A stretch of DNA of 63,840 bases, counting the filler, from Phoronis australis (lineage: Eukaryota > Animalia > Phoronida): the NCBI GenBank assembly GCA_002633005.1. It is 11 parts of 11 records of this genome, joined end to end, with 100 filler letters (N's around TTAATTAATTAA, not from the genome) between each part and the next. Parts side by side here need not be neighbours in the genome. Positions count along the whole stretch, not along the records: positions 20,554 to 36,887 come from NMRA01001511.1; positions 36,988 to 39,166 come from NMRA01003809.1; positions 39,267 to 52,851 come from NMRA01000014.1; 8 more parts are not named here. One strand, written 5' to 3'. A program made the translations under genes and the position numbers. The notes below the pieces were generated by a model. The model saw only the letters and a program-made list of their open reading frames with translations. It made no database searches and was not told the origin of the DNA. Each line of letters starts with the position of its first letter. Position 1 is the stretch's first letter. Positions 26,732 through 39,757 of this stretch are shown here, piece after piece.

Positions 26732-27085
26732 CAGTGGCGGATCGAGGATATCACAAGGGGGGGGCCCAACATTCTGTCCGGCTGTAAACATTTGCGCAAA
26801 CTGAACCACGATTGTAGATGCGCATAGCACCAAATGGGGGGAGGTCGGGAGGGGGGTTTGCCCCAGGAAATTTTTCCGTTTTGACCTCGAAAAATCAAGT
26901 ATTTTCCTTGATTCCTGAAGTATAAACCAAGAAAAAAAGGCAAAAAAAAAACACGGAGATCGTGTCAATCAGGAAAAACTGAGCGTACCAAAGACTCGAA
27001 CTCACGACCTTGCCCATAATGCGCGGGTGCGTTACCACTACACCACCACGATTCAGCTACTAATCTCATACTAAGAGACCTACTT
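26732..27085. mobile_element. Second copy of the CAGTGGCGGATC element with tRNA-like segment
   Basis: Colinear with 18526-18834 through ctaagagacctactt. Confidence 0.65.
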
Positions 27086-27863
27086 GTTTATGGTCCACAG
27101 CGTTTGCGCGCGAAACCTACTTCTTTTTGTAATGCTTATTACACGTTTTGTGCCATCGATTCTTAACAAATTTGTCGTATTTAAAATAGTCTTAAAATGC
27201 CCAAAAGACCAAATCCGTTATTCGTGTTGGCAATAATGACCGGGGATTGTTTTGGAAATCGTCTTAACATAAAGTTTGACAAAGAGGGTATTGCGAGTTT
27301 CTGAGTGATTCACTAAGGCTTCTATTAAAATTCCCATCTTACCAGCAGCTTCTGTTTTTTCATCGTCACTCAGGTTCCATTTTCTTTAAAAAATGAAGTA
27401 CATTTTATTCATTGCACAGTGGAGCAGACGACGGAAACTGAGTCGTAGTGCGCAGCGCCACTGCCGGTCGCTTGGGATATCGCGGGAGAGCCTATACTTA
27501 GCCATAGTTCCGTTACGAATGCGCCGTGTTCCGNCTACCAACCTGGAGAATTTACATCTGTACAGTTTCGTGTGGGGGTGGTTAAGTGTCCACAAAATAC
27601 ATTCTTGGTATGCAGTTGTTGCCAGAAACCCCTTCAGTCGAGAAGGCACTAACTTAAATTTGCCCAACCCTCACTATAGAATAAAAGTTTTAACCAAATG
27701 TGAATAAATCTAATTTCCATTCCAACCATGAAGTCAGAGTCGGGGGCCCATCAGAATAAAAATTAAAAATACACTGTTATATTTATGTTGGGTAGACTTA
27801 TCTGCAACTACATTAGGTCAAACTTGTATACCAGACACCTGAGGTTGAGTGACTTGTCGACCT

Positions 27864-30800
27864 CTACACTTGCGACTGGTCAAACTTGTACACCAGGAAA
27901 TTGGGTGTTCCAGTGTATTTCCTGGCAAACTGTTTCCCATCTGGAGTTGGATCCGAGAAGGCAATGTCCGAAATCTCCAGTGTCAGACCAAAAGCAAAGT
28001 TCCTCCTGAAAATTTAACACAGTGATGACACTAATTGATTTTTGAAATACAAACCACGGGTTAGCCATGTACACAAAGGGTTCAGTTAAACAGAAGACAG
28101 CTCAAGACACTGTAAGGTGTTGAAAAAAAACAAAATGCACAATTTTCTAATCACTTAGACTGTTCACACTTCATGGCTGATTAAAAAACTACTTTGTTAA
28201 AAAGTATACACCATTTATCAAAATTATAATTAGATTCAAAATTCCTAACATAACACCTCGTTAATTTATCTTGAAATTGCTCTGTACATATTTCACTTTG
28301 ATGATATATTTAATGACTGGCCTAGACTATCATTTTTAACTCACTAGCAATCAGTTGTCATGGCGATTTCTGTATACACTGGATAATTTCATATCAACCA
28401 TCAAAAGTCTGAGAATAACCCTACCTGACAGCATCTATCAGCCGGGTGGCCACACATTGTCGCCTGGCCTGGTGAAACACCCAAATCCTGCTGACGCCGC
28501 AGATGGCAGGTTGACTGTCTGAGCTGCAACACCACGCCATCTGGTGGTCACTGTCAGAACTAGCAGGTGTGTTGGACAGGACAGGGTATGCCTGCAAGGT
28601 AATGTTAAAAACTTCACCAGGTTTATGTAAAGACTTGAGTAAGAAGTGCTCTACGGTGTGGTAATAAGTAATAATAATAAAACAGATTCTCAAAACATAA
28701 GGTAATGTGAGCAAGTATCACCATTTTCACAGGTGTGCAACAGACACAAACACCCCTCTCTCTGCCAACTGTACTAAAGTTATTGTTTTAGTTGCCATGT
28801 CTGGCATAAGGGCAAGGCCTGTATAAACATGTCAAAAGAATCATGGTGATGTTAAATCTGTCAGTTTTCGGTAAAAATTTTAACTTGAAAAAGTAATAAA
28901 AAACGACGAAAATTTTGTTTTCACATTGCCATTTTATAATGTCCATTGAGTACATGAGTAGTGAACTCAGTCTCCCTTACACAAGCATTTTGTGCACTTG
29001 TGCAAACAACTAAATGTGAAAGGTCCCTAATCACAGCAAGGTATTAACAGAAAATGTTCATAAATCAGTAAAGTAGAGTAATTTCTTTTAGTGACAAAAG
29101 AATCAGTTCAAAATGACAGCCACATATAACAGAGGTTATTCTGCATATTCTGAATGTTGGGCAGATGGGATGACTCGTTAAATTAAGTTACAAGAAAGAG
29201 TCTTTATCCGAGAAATCATCATTTAAGCAATTTAATGCTAAATCTAACATCATTGTAACTCACCTTTGAGATTTCTTGAGCAATACAAACTCCAATAACC
29301 TTGCCTTCAGTAGATATGTACAGGAATGTCTGCAAAATGAACAGACACAAATAAGGTGAATTTACAGAACAAATAGGTACAATCCGAAGTGCTGAGAGAT
29401 GCCTAGGTATGCTACTTAGTTGTTAAGATATCGAACTCAACTACACCTTAAGCCTGACTTGAATTAAACAATTTGAATGGTGCTCTCACATAATTCTATG
29501 AGAAGAATTTGCAGTCTTTATGTCTTCATGGCAGTTCTTAGATCTAGTTCTTCATTATGTATTTCTGTCCATAATTCATCATATTTGACAAGAAATTAAG
29601 AGATTAAACAAAAAAGAAAAAAACTGACAGAACCTTTCTGTTGTTGCTAACAGCTGATGTCTCCTCCAGAAATCCAAGTTCTCTGTCCACAATTTCTTTC
29701 AATTCTTCCAGCTGAAGGAGAACACCATTACTTATTAGAAATAATACTATTGACAGAGTTTCATAAAAATACTCAAAGCTGCATTTCATCAATGTTTAAC
29801 TGTGAACGATGAATATATAATGGAAGCACTTTGGGTGTCAACACATTACCATCTTATCGCGGTATAACATATGAGACTGATTATCTGAGAGTAAAAGGCC
29901 TAATTTGATTTTCGTTTTTAGCTTACTAAACAGAGAGAAAGGCAGCTTTAAATCTATCAAACTGAATTTAGACTGGGGCCATTTTGGTGAAGCAATCTCT
30001 GAAATAAACTAGATAGGAGCTATAACAAAAATTATGAACACCTGTAAAATCTGAAAACCATAGGTGATTTGCTAAGGAATTTTTCAAGGCTTTAAGAAAT
30101 TGAGGCGACAGAAAGACATCAGGTGTACCAATTTGCATCTCTAGTTTAAGAAGTTCTCAAACATTTCCAATCTTCACACGTCCACTGCAATGCCTACCTT
30201 CTTTACAGCATACTTAGGGTCAGTTGGCAGCACCATCAGTATCCTACCACCATCAGGCAGGTTTTCAACGACACGCTCTTTCTTCCAACCCTGAAGCATT
30301 GACACACTCTGACAAGTCACAATAACAATAATAATAACAATAATAATAACAATAACAATAATAATAGGACGTTAAACAGACCCATTGAAGCAGACAACTG
30401 GTGCTTTTACTCTACTGCTCATACTCAGCGTTCAGCCACTCTACCAGCCTGCTTGGGGAATTTCGCAAGTGTTTTGAGGTTTTTGTTACTTATGACTGTT
30501 TTGACTGAAACTAGTTTACTTCCAAAGCATTCTTTTCTAATGCTTTGGTATGTGAAACATCGACAGATATTGTGTTCTGGTGTTTCTTCTTTCATCCAGC
30601 ATTACGCCAACAGGATTCCTGTTGTTTCCTTATGTTTCTGCAGGTTGCCTGTTGTCACCTGCATTACCATTTAGTACACAATACGTTGTCATATAACTCT
30701 GCATAACTTGCATATGCACACACATTAGCCAGCAGTAAGCTCGGAAAATGGCAGCAAGAACAAAGTTTAACTATCATACGCATTGACTAGTAAATGCTTC

Positions 30801-33800
30801 ACATCATTAACTCTGTAGAATTCAATGACACTTACAGGAAACTTCAGCACAGCCATCATACGATCATGAAATCTGCGGTGAGCTAGATCATCAGACGGGT
30901 CATTCCTAGTATAAACTGTTCCACACGTATGACACTGTGTGGTACCCAGACTTCGTTGACCAACATCCTAAAAACACCGAAGATAACACTGAGACCATAT
31001 ACAGGGTGGTCCATCAAGTTACCAAGTGTGATTGAGCAACACATTACCATTATTTATCGTACTCTATTTAGCCTAGTGTATGCCACAAGCTATGTTGCAG
31101 AGTAAAACAAGATGTGGATTGTCAAAGAATTTCAATAACTAGTATGGAAAAGGTAATAACAACTAACAAGACTCTGCATGACAGCCACAGGAAAAGAGGC
31201 ATATACACTGAAATACTAAACGTAAATAGATTAGAAGAACAACAAAAGTGTGATGAGAAAACGCCTGAAGGGTCCAACACAAAATGGATAAAAGAGGAAA
31301 AACAATAACCCCCGGATGGAGCATGGGAAAATTAATGGGGAAAACCCAGCAGGTCTTGTGTGAGACCAGATACATGGCTCAATGAACTAGGCCATGCTGT
31401 ACTGACACAAAGAAAAAAAAACTGACCAATGAGATAACCTTCAAAACAAAATGACGTAGAGCAAAATCATACCAATATATCCATTTAACAAGCACCAATT
31501 ACCCACGATGTTGCACAGGTGCCAGTCCCGTTTTCAGCTATTCTAAACGTCCATCAAAATTTTGCTGTCATGCAATAAGTTGGATAAACACATGTGAATA
31601 CACAGCTTGTCTGGGACTTGTATTTCTTTGCCAAATTTCTAGTTTCAACAAAACTGCATCCCCAATTGAAAAATATTGACCATAAACCAGGTATGTCGAT
31701 GCCTCAACTTTGGGGTCGAATATTGTACCCCTCCGACTGAAAAATCCCCTCAAGGTTAGAACCACATGCACAGATACTAGGATTCAAATCATATCATTAA
31801 CTGCAAAAATCACTACTTCATAGTCATTAGTCGTGTTCTTTCCAGTGTTTGCAGCCTCGATATGAACAACATAATCTGGATTAGTTTATTACAAGTGCAG
31901 GTGTGACCACAAAGTATTGGGTAAAGTAAGTCCTTCATGAGAGTCCTGGCTTCACAACCTGACACCCCTACCAGGCCACTAGCGTTGGACAAATTCTAAA
32001 AAAAATCCACGTGGTCTTATGGGTGATCTGTTTTTAGCATTTTGCAAGGTAAAACTCAAAGATAGTGCTGGGTAGACTTGATGATAGCGGGGATCCAAGG
32101 ACACTGTGAACCCAAATTTTTGTGTACCGGCCTCACAGTCAGACATGCTTTTTTATGTACTCAGACAGACTTACCAAAATCATTTGACTCTTTCCATCCT
32201 TAGACTCCTTCAGCTTCAAAAATCGGACAGGTGAACTTTTGTTAGACCTCAGGAAAAATAACAAAACGATAACGTATCATTAAGATTTACTGCAAGAGCC
32301 TAGCAAGTACACCAAGTTATGCTGCACCATAACTTGGTGATCTACAGTTTAAGAAGGCAATAAAGCAGTTTCAGTCATCAACTGGAGAAACAAAAAGACA
32401 ACACAAAATCAATTATTGTATTCAAACTTATGAGAACTGTAACCCTTGGAAGCAGGTAACAATTTTTGACTTGCTATTCTTCAGAAAATAATAAGAGAAT
32501 TCTCAAAAACATCCAGTGGGTCAGTCCTATTCACAGCAAAGGATGTCAGTTCCAAAAAAATAAAAATCAATGTCAAGCAAGGCAATAAGTAGTTACAGGC
32601 ATACTTTCTCTGTTGTATCCATGAATAACATTTTACCGTAAAAATTCTCCAGTTTGGGACAGCAAAAATTGAATGTTATGTTTCTCAAAGTCAGAGCCTA
32701 TGCCAAATTTTAGAAATATATGATATCGGTAGTCCCAATTTCAAGAATTACTGTCAGTGGCAAGCAAATCATTCACCATGATGTTACAGGTTATGGGGAT
32801 GCATGAAAATGTACTTACCTCTGCAGCTATTTTTGACAATTTTACAAGTCTATTTTCAGATTCTATTGATGCAAAACAGTGTCCCATATTTGAGAAATCC
32901 CCCACGTCATGATATTCAGAATCAAGAAAATTCTATTTCGGCTGGAAATCATTGTCCCAAATTTTAGAGATTGAACTGGAGATTTGTTGCGCTACGTACT
33001 ACCATTTTCATAGCAACAGAACCTGGTTGATAGCAGCTTCAACACTACATATTTATATCACTATGTAATGGAACACAACTTACAGTTTTGGAGAAGGCTT
33101 GAAGGAAATGGGCCACTTTGGAGTAGATGGGGGAGAAGGTGAAGATAAACCTGAAACAGAGGCATTGCAATTTTAAATCCAGTGACTGTTGAAGAACTAA
33201 AATGATCATAAGTGATAACAAGAAATCAGTAATAAGCATTTACTTAATATACAACAAGAAGCAGTGTTTTCCATATCCTGTTCTGGCTCATCACTGGTGT
33301 CGTGTTTTGCCATGACAAGTTTGGCTTAATTGTGTTTAGTTTGGAAATCTATGCAATGAGTTGGGAGACTGGGTATTCTTAAGGACAATTTCAACTTTTG
33401 GTACCAGCTCAGTCAGGGCTCGACGCTATTAAAATCGCCAGGTCGCATTTTGCGACCTAGCCAGAATCCCAGGTTGCATTTCCAAAATCCAGCTCGCATT
33501 CATAAATGCCAGGTCGCAAAATTTCCCGCCATTTTTACGCACCAAAATTGATTTTAGATCATCGATAAAATGTTTAGATTATGCTCTTTCCTGCAGCGTT
33601 AAGTACTCACAAATTTCAGATCCCAAAACTGACTTCGTTCATGCAGGTACGGCGTTACTTTTCTTCACGACCGCATTTGAAAGTCTCTAGAGCGCAAGTC
33701 AAGTTCCCGACGTGAAAGTTGAATTAGTGCTCTCTAACTGACACGTGCATTCGAGTAGCTAAGTCTGCGATTTGAAAAGGGAGAAAATGCCCATTGAAAA

Positions 33801-36800
33801 AGTATCTGGGATTTTGCTAGGTCTGACCTGCTACTGGCTGTCATCAAAGTCGTTAAAGATTCAAACTAACTCCGAGGGCAAATTCCCTCCGCTTTTTGTT
33901 CGCAGCCCAAATTTTGCAACTTAACTCATGTTTGAAAAACGTCTGTCGAAAAAAATCCGTGAAACGATGCTTTAACCGAATAAACAATTCAGCGCAAATT
34001 TCACAACAAAAATGTGGTAGTTATGCTGTTTACGTACTCAACAATTAGTTTTCCATGAAGTGAATAGCTTCCAAATAATTCCCGACTCCCTCCGTGCGAG
34101 TTTCCATCTGGTAATGGCAAGTTTGCTCAATACCTTCCAGGTACGGGAAAAATAGGTCAGTCACAAAACNNNNNNNNNNNNNNNNNNNNNNNNNNNNNNN
34201 NNNNNNNNNNNNNNNNNNNNNNNNNNNNNNNNNNNNNNNNNNNNNNNNNNNNNNNNNNNNNNNNNNNNNNNNNNNNNNNNNNNNNNNNNNNNNNNNNNNN
34301 NNNNNNNNNNNNNNNNNNNNNNNNNNNNNNNNNNNNNNNNNNNNNNNNNNNNNNNNNNNNNNNNNNNNNNNNNNNNNNNNNNNNNNNNNNNNNNNNNNNN
34401 NNNNNNNNNNNNNNNNNNNNNNNNNNNNNNNNNNNNNNNNNNNNNNNNNNNNNNNNNNNNNNNNNNNNNNNNNNNNNNNNNNNNNNNNNNNNNNNNNNNN
34501 NNNNNNNNNNNNNNNNNNNNNNNNNNNNNNNNNNNNNNNNNNNNNNNNNNNNNNNNNNNNNNNNNNNNNNNNNNNNNNNNNNNNNNNNNNNNNNNNNNNN
34601 NNNNNNNNNNNNNNNNNNNNNNNNNNNNNNNNNNNNNNNNNNNNNNNNNNNNNNNNNNNNNNNNNNNNNNNNNNNNNNNNNNNNNNNNNNNNNNNNNNNN
34701 NNNNNNNNNNNNNNNNNNNNNNNNNNNNNNNNNNNNNNNNAAGAATAAAAAGTTCACTAACCACAATTTCGCATTTAGTACCCGTTAGTTGCAATAGCTG
34801 GCTACGGACATAGAATATAAGGTTTAGAGAACATCGACCTCGAGAAATATCAGTTCTGGGTTACATCTGTCTCGGGGAATATCATAAAGCATGAGGTGTG
34901 CGTTCAGTAACGCTAGGACCTACGCTAGGACTTAGCTTAAATCTAGACAAGTCACGTGTTTCTATTAAAAATATACGGCAATATCTCACGTAATCTCGCA
35001 AAGTCTTGCTTTTTAACGAGGTCCTAGCGTTACTGAACGGAAGGAGGTCTTTTATAACCGCCGGAAATCTATGAGTTCATTTTCAAATAAACCATTGGCA
35101 CCCGGGTGCTTAACAGAGAAAGCCGGTATACTCTTTCATTTAGGACTGCCGCTGTTCTCTTTTGATGCGGAGCTTTGAAACGGTGCGCACGCGAGAGTTC
35201 ACGCACTTGAATCGCTGGAATAGGCTACACTTTACGTTGGCAACAACGTGTGAAAGACAAAATCATATCTCGCGCACATAGCCCCAGAAACAAGTAATGG
35301 GGTTTGAGAATTTCTTGGCAACTGAAAGTAAAGATGTGATCGTCCTTTAGGGATTAATAGGTTGTCATTTTCACTTTGGCTGTCTAATGGGATAAAAACG
35401 AGGCTCACATATCTAAATCACGATTGTCTTGCCGGGACCACTTGCGCGCTAACAACGGGACCGACCAGTGCCGCAGTGCGATATCAGGGATATTGTCGTG
35501 GATATTTGGTAAAGGTAATAAGGTCATCTTAAGCAAAAAACAACATATTTGTCTACCACAAAGTTTGATAAGTTGATCGCTTTTGAGGTTTTATCACGTG
35601 TTATGTAGCCCGAAACTTTCTTCGGTAAATTCGGAAATTTGCAAAAGTGGCCAAAAATGTTAGCCAATGAAACGCGTCAAAAATCGATTCTGCATGTCTC
35701 AAGGTCAAGCGACTTGCTTACAAGTCAACGGAAGGGCTGTTCTCATTTAGTGGTCTTTTGAACTTGGATTTGGCAACAACCAAGTAATGGTCGGATTAAC
35801 AATAGTTGCTTTATATTTGCCAGGTATCTGCCGAGAACTGTAAAAACTCAGCTCGCATTCGGTGGAAATTCCAGGTGGCATTTTGCGACATGATACGAGC
35901 TGACAAAAATCTCAGCTCGCATTTCCAAATTTCAGGTCGCAAATGCGACCTGCAGCTCGTTATGTCGAGCCCTGTCAGTGCATCTATTTCGAAACATAAT
36001 GCAAAAATTTCCCCATTGTAGACATGGACATACTCACAAGGTATTATTTCAAAAATATCTCACCAAGCTTACCATTTGATTTGTTATCACTGTTAACGTC
36101 GTGTCTCGCCATCAAAGAATCTGAGCAACTGATCAGACTGATGCTATCTTCAGTCACGCTGTGACTGTAGCAAGATACAGTGTCGCCAGTTAACGAGGAT
36201 GCGTCATCAGAGAACAAACTGGGAGTGCATGCGACTTTGTTGTGCTCGACATTGCCACAGGAACTGTCATTGAATGGCCAACCCAAACTGGTCTCTGTTT
36301 CCTCCTTAACATTGTTTGCTTCAAGAGTTTTCTGAAACATTTTTTTAATTCTGTTTGCACTTTTTGGTGTTTTAACTTTTTTGGATAACATTTGTGTGAA
36401 ATAAGCATAGTGGGAACGTTTGTACTTTGGTTTGGCTTCTCTGTTTTTGAAGAATTTGTTCTTTGTTATCTGTACAGAGCCTTGATCGTCTGTGTGTGAT
36501 TCTTCTTGGTCGAAATCTGTAATGCTTGCCAAGGAGCTCTCGTGATCAGAGATGGATGAGTTGCTGTCTGAGCAGTAGCCATCACTACTATCATTCAGTA
36601 CGGACTCTATAACAGATTCTGTCGTCAACGTGCTTCTTGGTTTTGACTTCACAGTGTCCAGACAGGTGTCTGGTTTCTCAATGCTAGTGTTTTTATCTTC
36701 GTCTCCTGCTCCTGCAGCAGCACTTGGATGGTCAACAACCTTAATGCCGATATTGTCTAGCCAACTGAAGCTACCCGAACTGCCATTGGAGTTTTCATCA

Positions 36801-36887
36801 TCTTTTGACACTGAGCTGATTTCCACAACTGTTGAACAGGTTTTTGTAAGCTCCGGCGCTTTCTTTGCTTTTCCATAAAATGAATTT
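27864..36887 (-). CDS. ESCO2: Cohesin N-acetyltransferase ESCO2-type; exons >36887-36073, 33150-33084, 32247-32175, 30967-30836, 30290-30198, 29711-29634, 29329-29264, 28591-28425, 28005-27864 (5' end cut by linker)
   Basis: PIP-like QMIL|DVGQ, C2H2 finger CHTCGTVY...[35 protein letters not shown]...[31 protein letters not shown] then TAG. All eight junction phases (1,2,0,0,0,0,0,2) are consistent. SFY and KFFK motifs in the large exon favour ESCO2 over ESCO1. Confidence 0.92.
30320..30366. repeat. (AAT/AAC)n microsatellite in ESCO2 intron
   Basis: caataacaataataataa repeats. Confidence 0.9.
33414..35974. mobile_element. hAT-like TIR element in ESCO2 intron (CAGGGCTCGAC...GTCGAGCCCTG) with 5-bp TSD TCAGT; spans an N gap
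   Basis: Perfect 11-bp TIR, subterminal caggtcgcatt/cagctcgcatt repeats at both ends, TCAGT at 33409-33413 and 35975-35979. Confidence 0.75.
34895..35047. mobile_element. ~150-bp MITE family C copy 1 (arms gttcagtaacgctaggacct), nested in the hAT-like element
   Basis: Inverted arms; near-identical copies at 51240-51391 and 53539-53682 (opposite orientation). Confidence 0.8.
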
Positions 36888-36987
36888 NNNNNNNNNNNNN
36901 NNNNNNNNNNNNNNNNNNNNNNNNNNNNNNNTTAATTAATTAANNNNNNNNNNNNNNNNNNNNNNNNNNNNNNNNNNNNNNNNNNNN

Positions 36988-37165
36988 TTGCATCTAACTG
37001 AAGATGTACGGTTAGCACCGGACAACAATCTATTTTCAGGGTCCATTCTCTAATTGATCTCTCGAAGGCATTTGATTGGCTTCCTCGTGAGTTCTGTTGC
37101 TAAACGCAAAGCGTATTCGATATCATATCTGAGTGAGAAGAAGATGAGAATAAAAGTTGGCACTA
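36988..37165 (+). mobile_element. Degenerate non-LTR retrotransposon (CR1/L2-type) reverse transcriptase fragment
   Basis: Frameshifted translation ..GSIL/IDLSKAFDWLPRE...SYLSEKKMRIKVG contains the D(L)SKAFD RT motif. Confidence 0.75.
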
Positions 37166-39568
37166 CAGTTGATTTACTTGTTTACTTAAAACTGTGCTCT
37201 TAAAAACTTAATGTTAATAATTGCATAGTTCGCCAACATCTTGTTTGTTTTTAAATGATAAATTCTCTACAAAACTGAATTTGTGACAAAAAAGTTGAGC
37301 TGAGTGAGCTTTAAGAGCAAATTTTCCGAATGCCCCATGAGTGTTTCATCAGGTGGTCTTCTCTCAGTACAGAAAATCCTGGTGTCACTTTGATTGGCTG
37401 CTGTTTAACCTTCAATCCGTCCAAATAACTGAAGATAAAGGAGCATGCCATGCTCCTTTATTACGGTAATCACGCACATCACTTATTGCCAGTTCAAACC
37501 TCGCCTGAATTCTGGTGCTTCCCTCCTGGTCTTCTTTACTTATGCCGTGCTGGTCTATACCATGTTTCAAAAAATCAAAATCTGCAGCTTCCATGGCTTT
37601 GCTGGCTACTGATCACCAAGCGGCACGCATTGAACCAGCGAGCCGCGGCTGAGGACGCCTGCCGTGTGCCTGTGCCTGTGCCAAGTCAAGTGCCGAGTCA
37701 GTGGTTGGAAGGCTAAAGGCTTTGGAAGCAATTACTGAAAGCAATATGCAATGCTGTTCGATTAAGCAATAAGCACACAGTTTACTCTTTCCATTATAGC
37801 TGGCGTATCGCGCTACATTTTAAACAAGCTATGTTGACATGTACCAGTAAATAATACCTTTACAGTTCCACACAGAAAAAGTTTTGAATTTAGCGCTGAT
37901 GTACACAAGCACCCACTTTTGACCTCGACATTAGTATACTAAAGAGCGTCATCTGGTGTGCGTCTCGTGTAATACGCGTGTTCAGGACATAGAACTTCAA
38001 TCTGTGTAGCGTAATTCATTATTCATAAGTTTTGAACATGTGATGCACTTTTCTATGTGTCCCACGACCTACCCGCCTAAAAAAAGACTTCAGTTGAAGA
38101 GAAATCATGAAGCGGCAGCCAAGTCTTGAGGCAAAGACACGTAGCCCGGCCTCCGGGCTGGCTGGTTGCCTCANGGGGGGGGGGGGGTTATCGGCCCTGT
38201 ATGCCTGTGGCTTTACAGACCGATGTAATTGCTTACCCAAATCTTGCTATGAATCTAGAAAACATTTAGCGTTGTGACACTCAAACCAAGAGGAGGTCTA
38301 CAGCACCGTCACGGATGATTGTAAGACTGCAAATTTGTGACTTTAAGGTATGCATTAACACCCGACTCACGATATTATTTCGTTGTGATCACATTTATTT
38401 GGCTCCAACACATTACATTTCCAAGTCACGTGAAACAAACATGGTGCATCAATTACCGGTAATTAGAAAGTGTCACGTTTACTTCCCGAACATTTAGAAA
38501 TTGAACTGTTTTTAGCCGCAGGTAAGGTGAACATTTTACTTTTAAACTGAGAATTTAGTAATGAAAACACGAACATGGACCACTTTTAAACCACCATTAT
38601 AGTGAATTTCATTTCGGCTGACTTTATTAATCTTCCCATTCCAACTGAAGTTCTTGGACTTTTTCGATGGAAGGGGGACTATGTTTGGCAATAAAATTGT
38701 CTTATTCACTCTCATTTTACCTAAGCATTCTTCTTGACAAAGAACCCATTATTTCCCTAATTTTACAAAAGCTTGCCACTAATATTATGCACAGAATTAT
38801 AATTACATGTAGTATAGAAGAAAATTTCCCAAAAACGTAAGCATTCCATTTGTCCTTAAGAAATTTTTCGTCTTAGCTGTTTTTTTTAATTTATTTTTTT
38901 CATTTTATTTTTTTTTTCAAGCAATCCAAGCACGTTTTGTTGTCTCCAGAAAACAAGTGACTCGTCGCCCCAGTGGCAACACTCAACTTCGGTGCTCATC
39001 CGCGACGTCATTGGCAAGGGTTGATTTCTGGTGTGACAATGGTGAACGTCAAATTACGATAGCAAAGACGCTTACGACCACGATGGAACGGTAGAAAGTT
39101 TTCCCGCTTGCATTGACGTTGGTGACGATAACTCCGTGAGGTTTCTCAATTCAATTGAGCAATAAANNNNNNNNNNNNNNNNNNNNNNNNNNNNNNNNNN
39201 NNNNNNNNNNTTAATTAATTAANNNNNNNNNNNNNNNNNNNNNNNNNNNNNNNNNNNNNNNNNNNNAAAAAGTCACCAAAACTGTTGTTTTTACAAATAT
39301 AAGTTTACTAAGCTCTTTGGTGATTATTATGTAACTTCAAACTCAAATTTCTCAAAAATGTGCAACTTTATATGTGGGAACTTTTTAGATTTTGAAAACA
39401 CTCTAATAAATGAATTAAAAAACACCAAAATAACATTGCCCCCCTAAAGTACTCACAAAAACCATTTTCTAGAGGCCCTACAAAATCTGGCCCACCGACT
39501 ATACCAGTCTTCTATGAGCCTGAGGAGTATGAGGTTTGTTCCTTAGTCTCTCATTGATTTCTGTTCAG

Positions 39569-39757
39569 GTGCAAGCGCTGGGAGCCGACCTTATGAATAA
39601 AGATGCAGCCTACTTGTCCAAGAACTGCAAGTTATGCGCTCATCGCTTCGAGGAGCACATGTTCATGAATGCTCGTATGAAGAACAAACTGATATGGAAT
39701 GCACTGCCAACAATATTTGAATCCATCAAAAATGAAGATGCCAAATGGAAATTATGA
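39569..39757 (+). pseudogene. C-terminal half of a THAP domain (exon-like, frameshifted)
   Basis: ttcag|g CKRW / ADLMNKDAAYLSKNCKLCAHRFEEHMFMNARMKNKLIWNALPTIFE gives LCxxHF-like and AxPTIF motifs, followed by an early stop. Confidence 0.7.

Noticed and set aside
32815-32900. Extra ESCO2 exon ending GAG|GTAAGT
   Set aside because: The phase-2 frame needed to join the next exon contains a stop, and the model is already phase-consistent without it.
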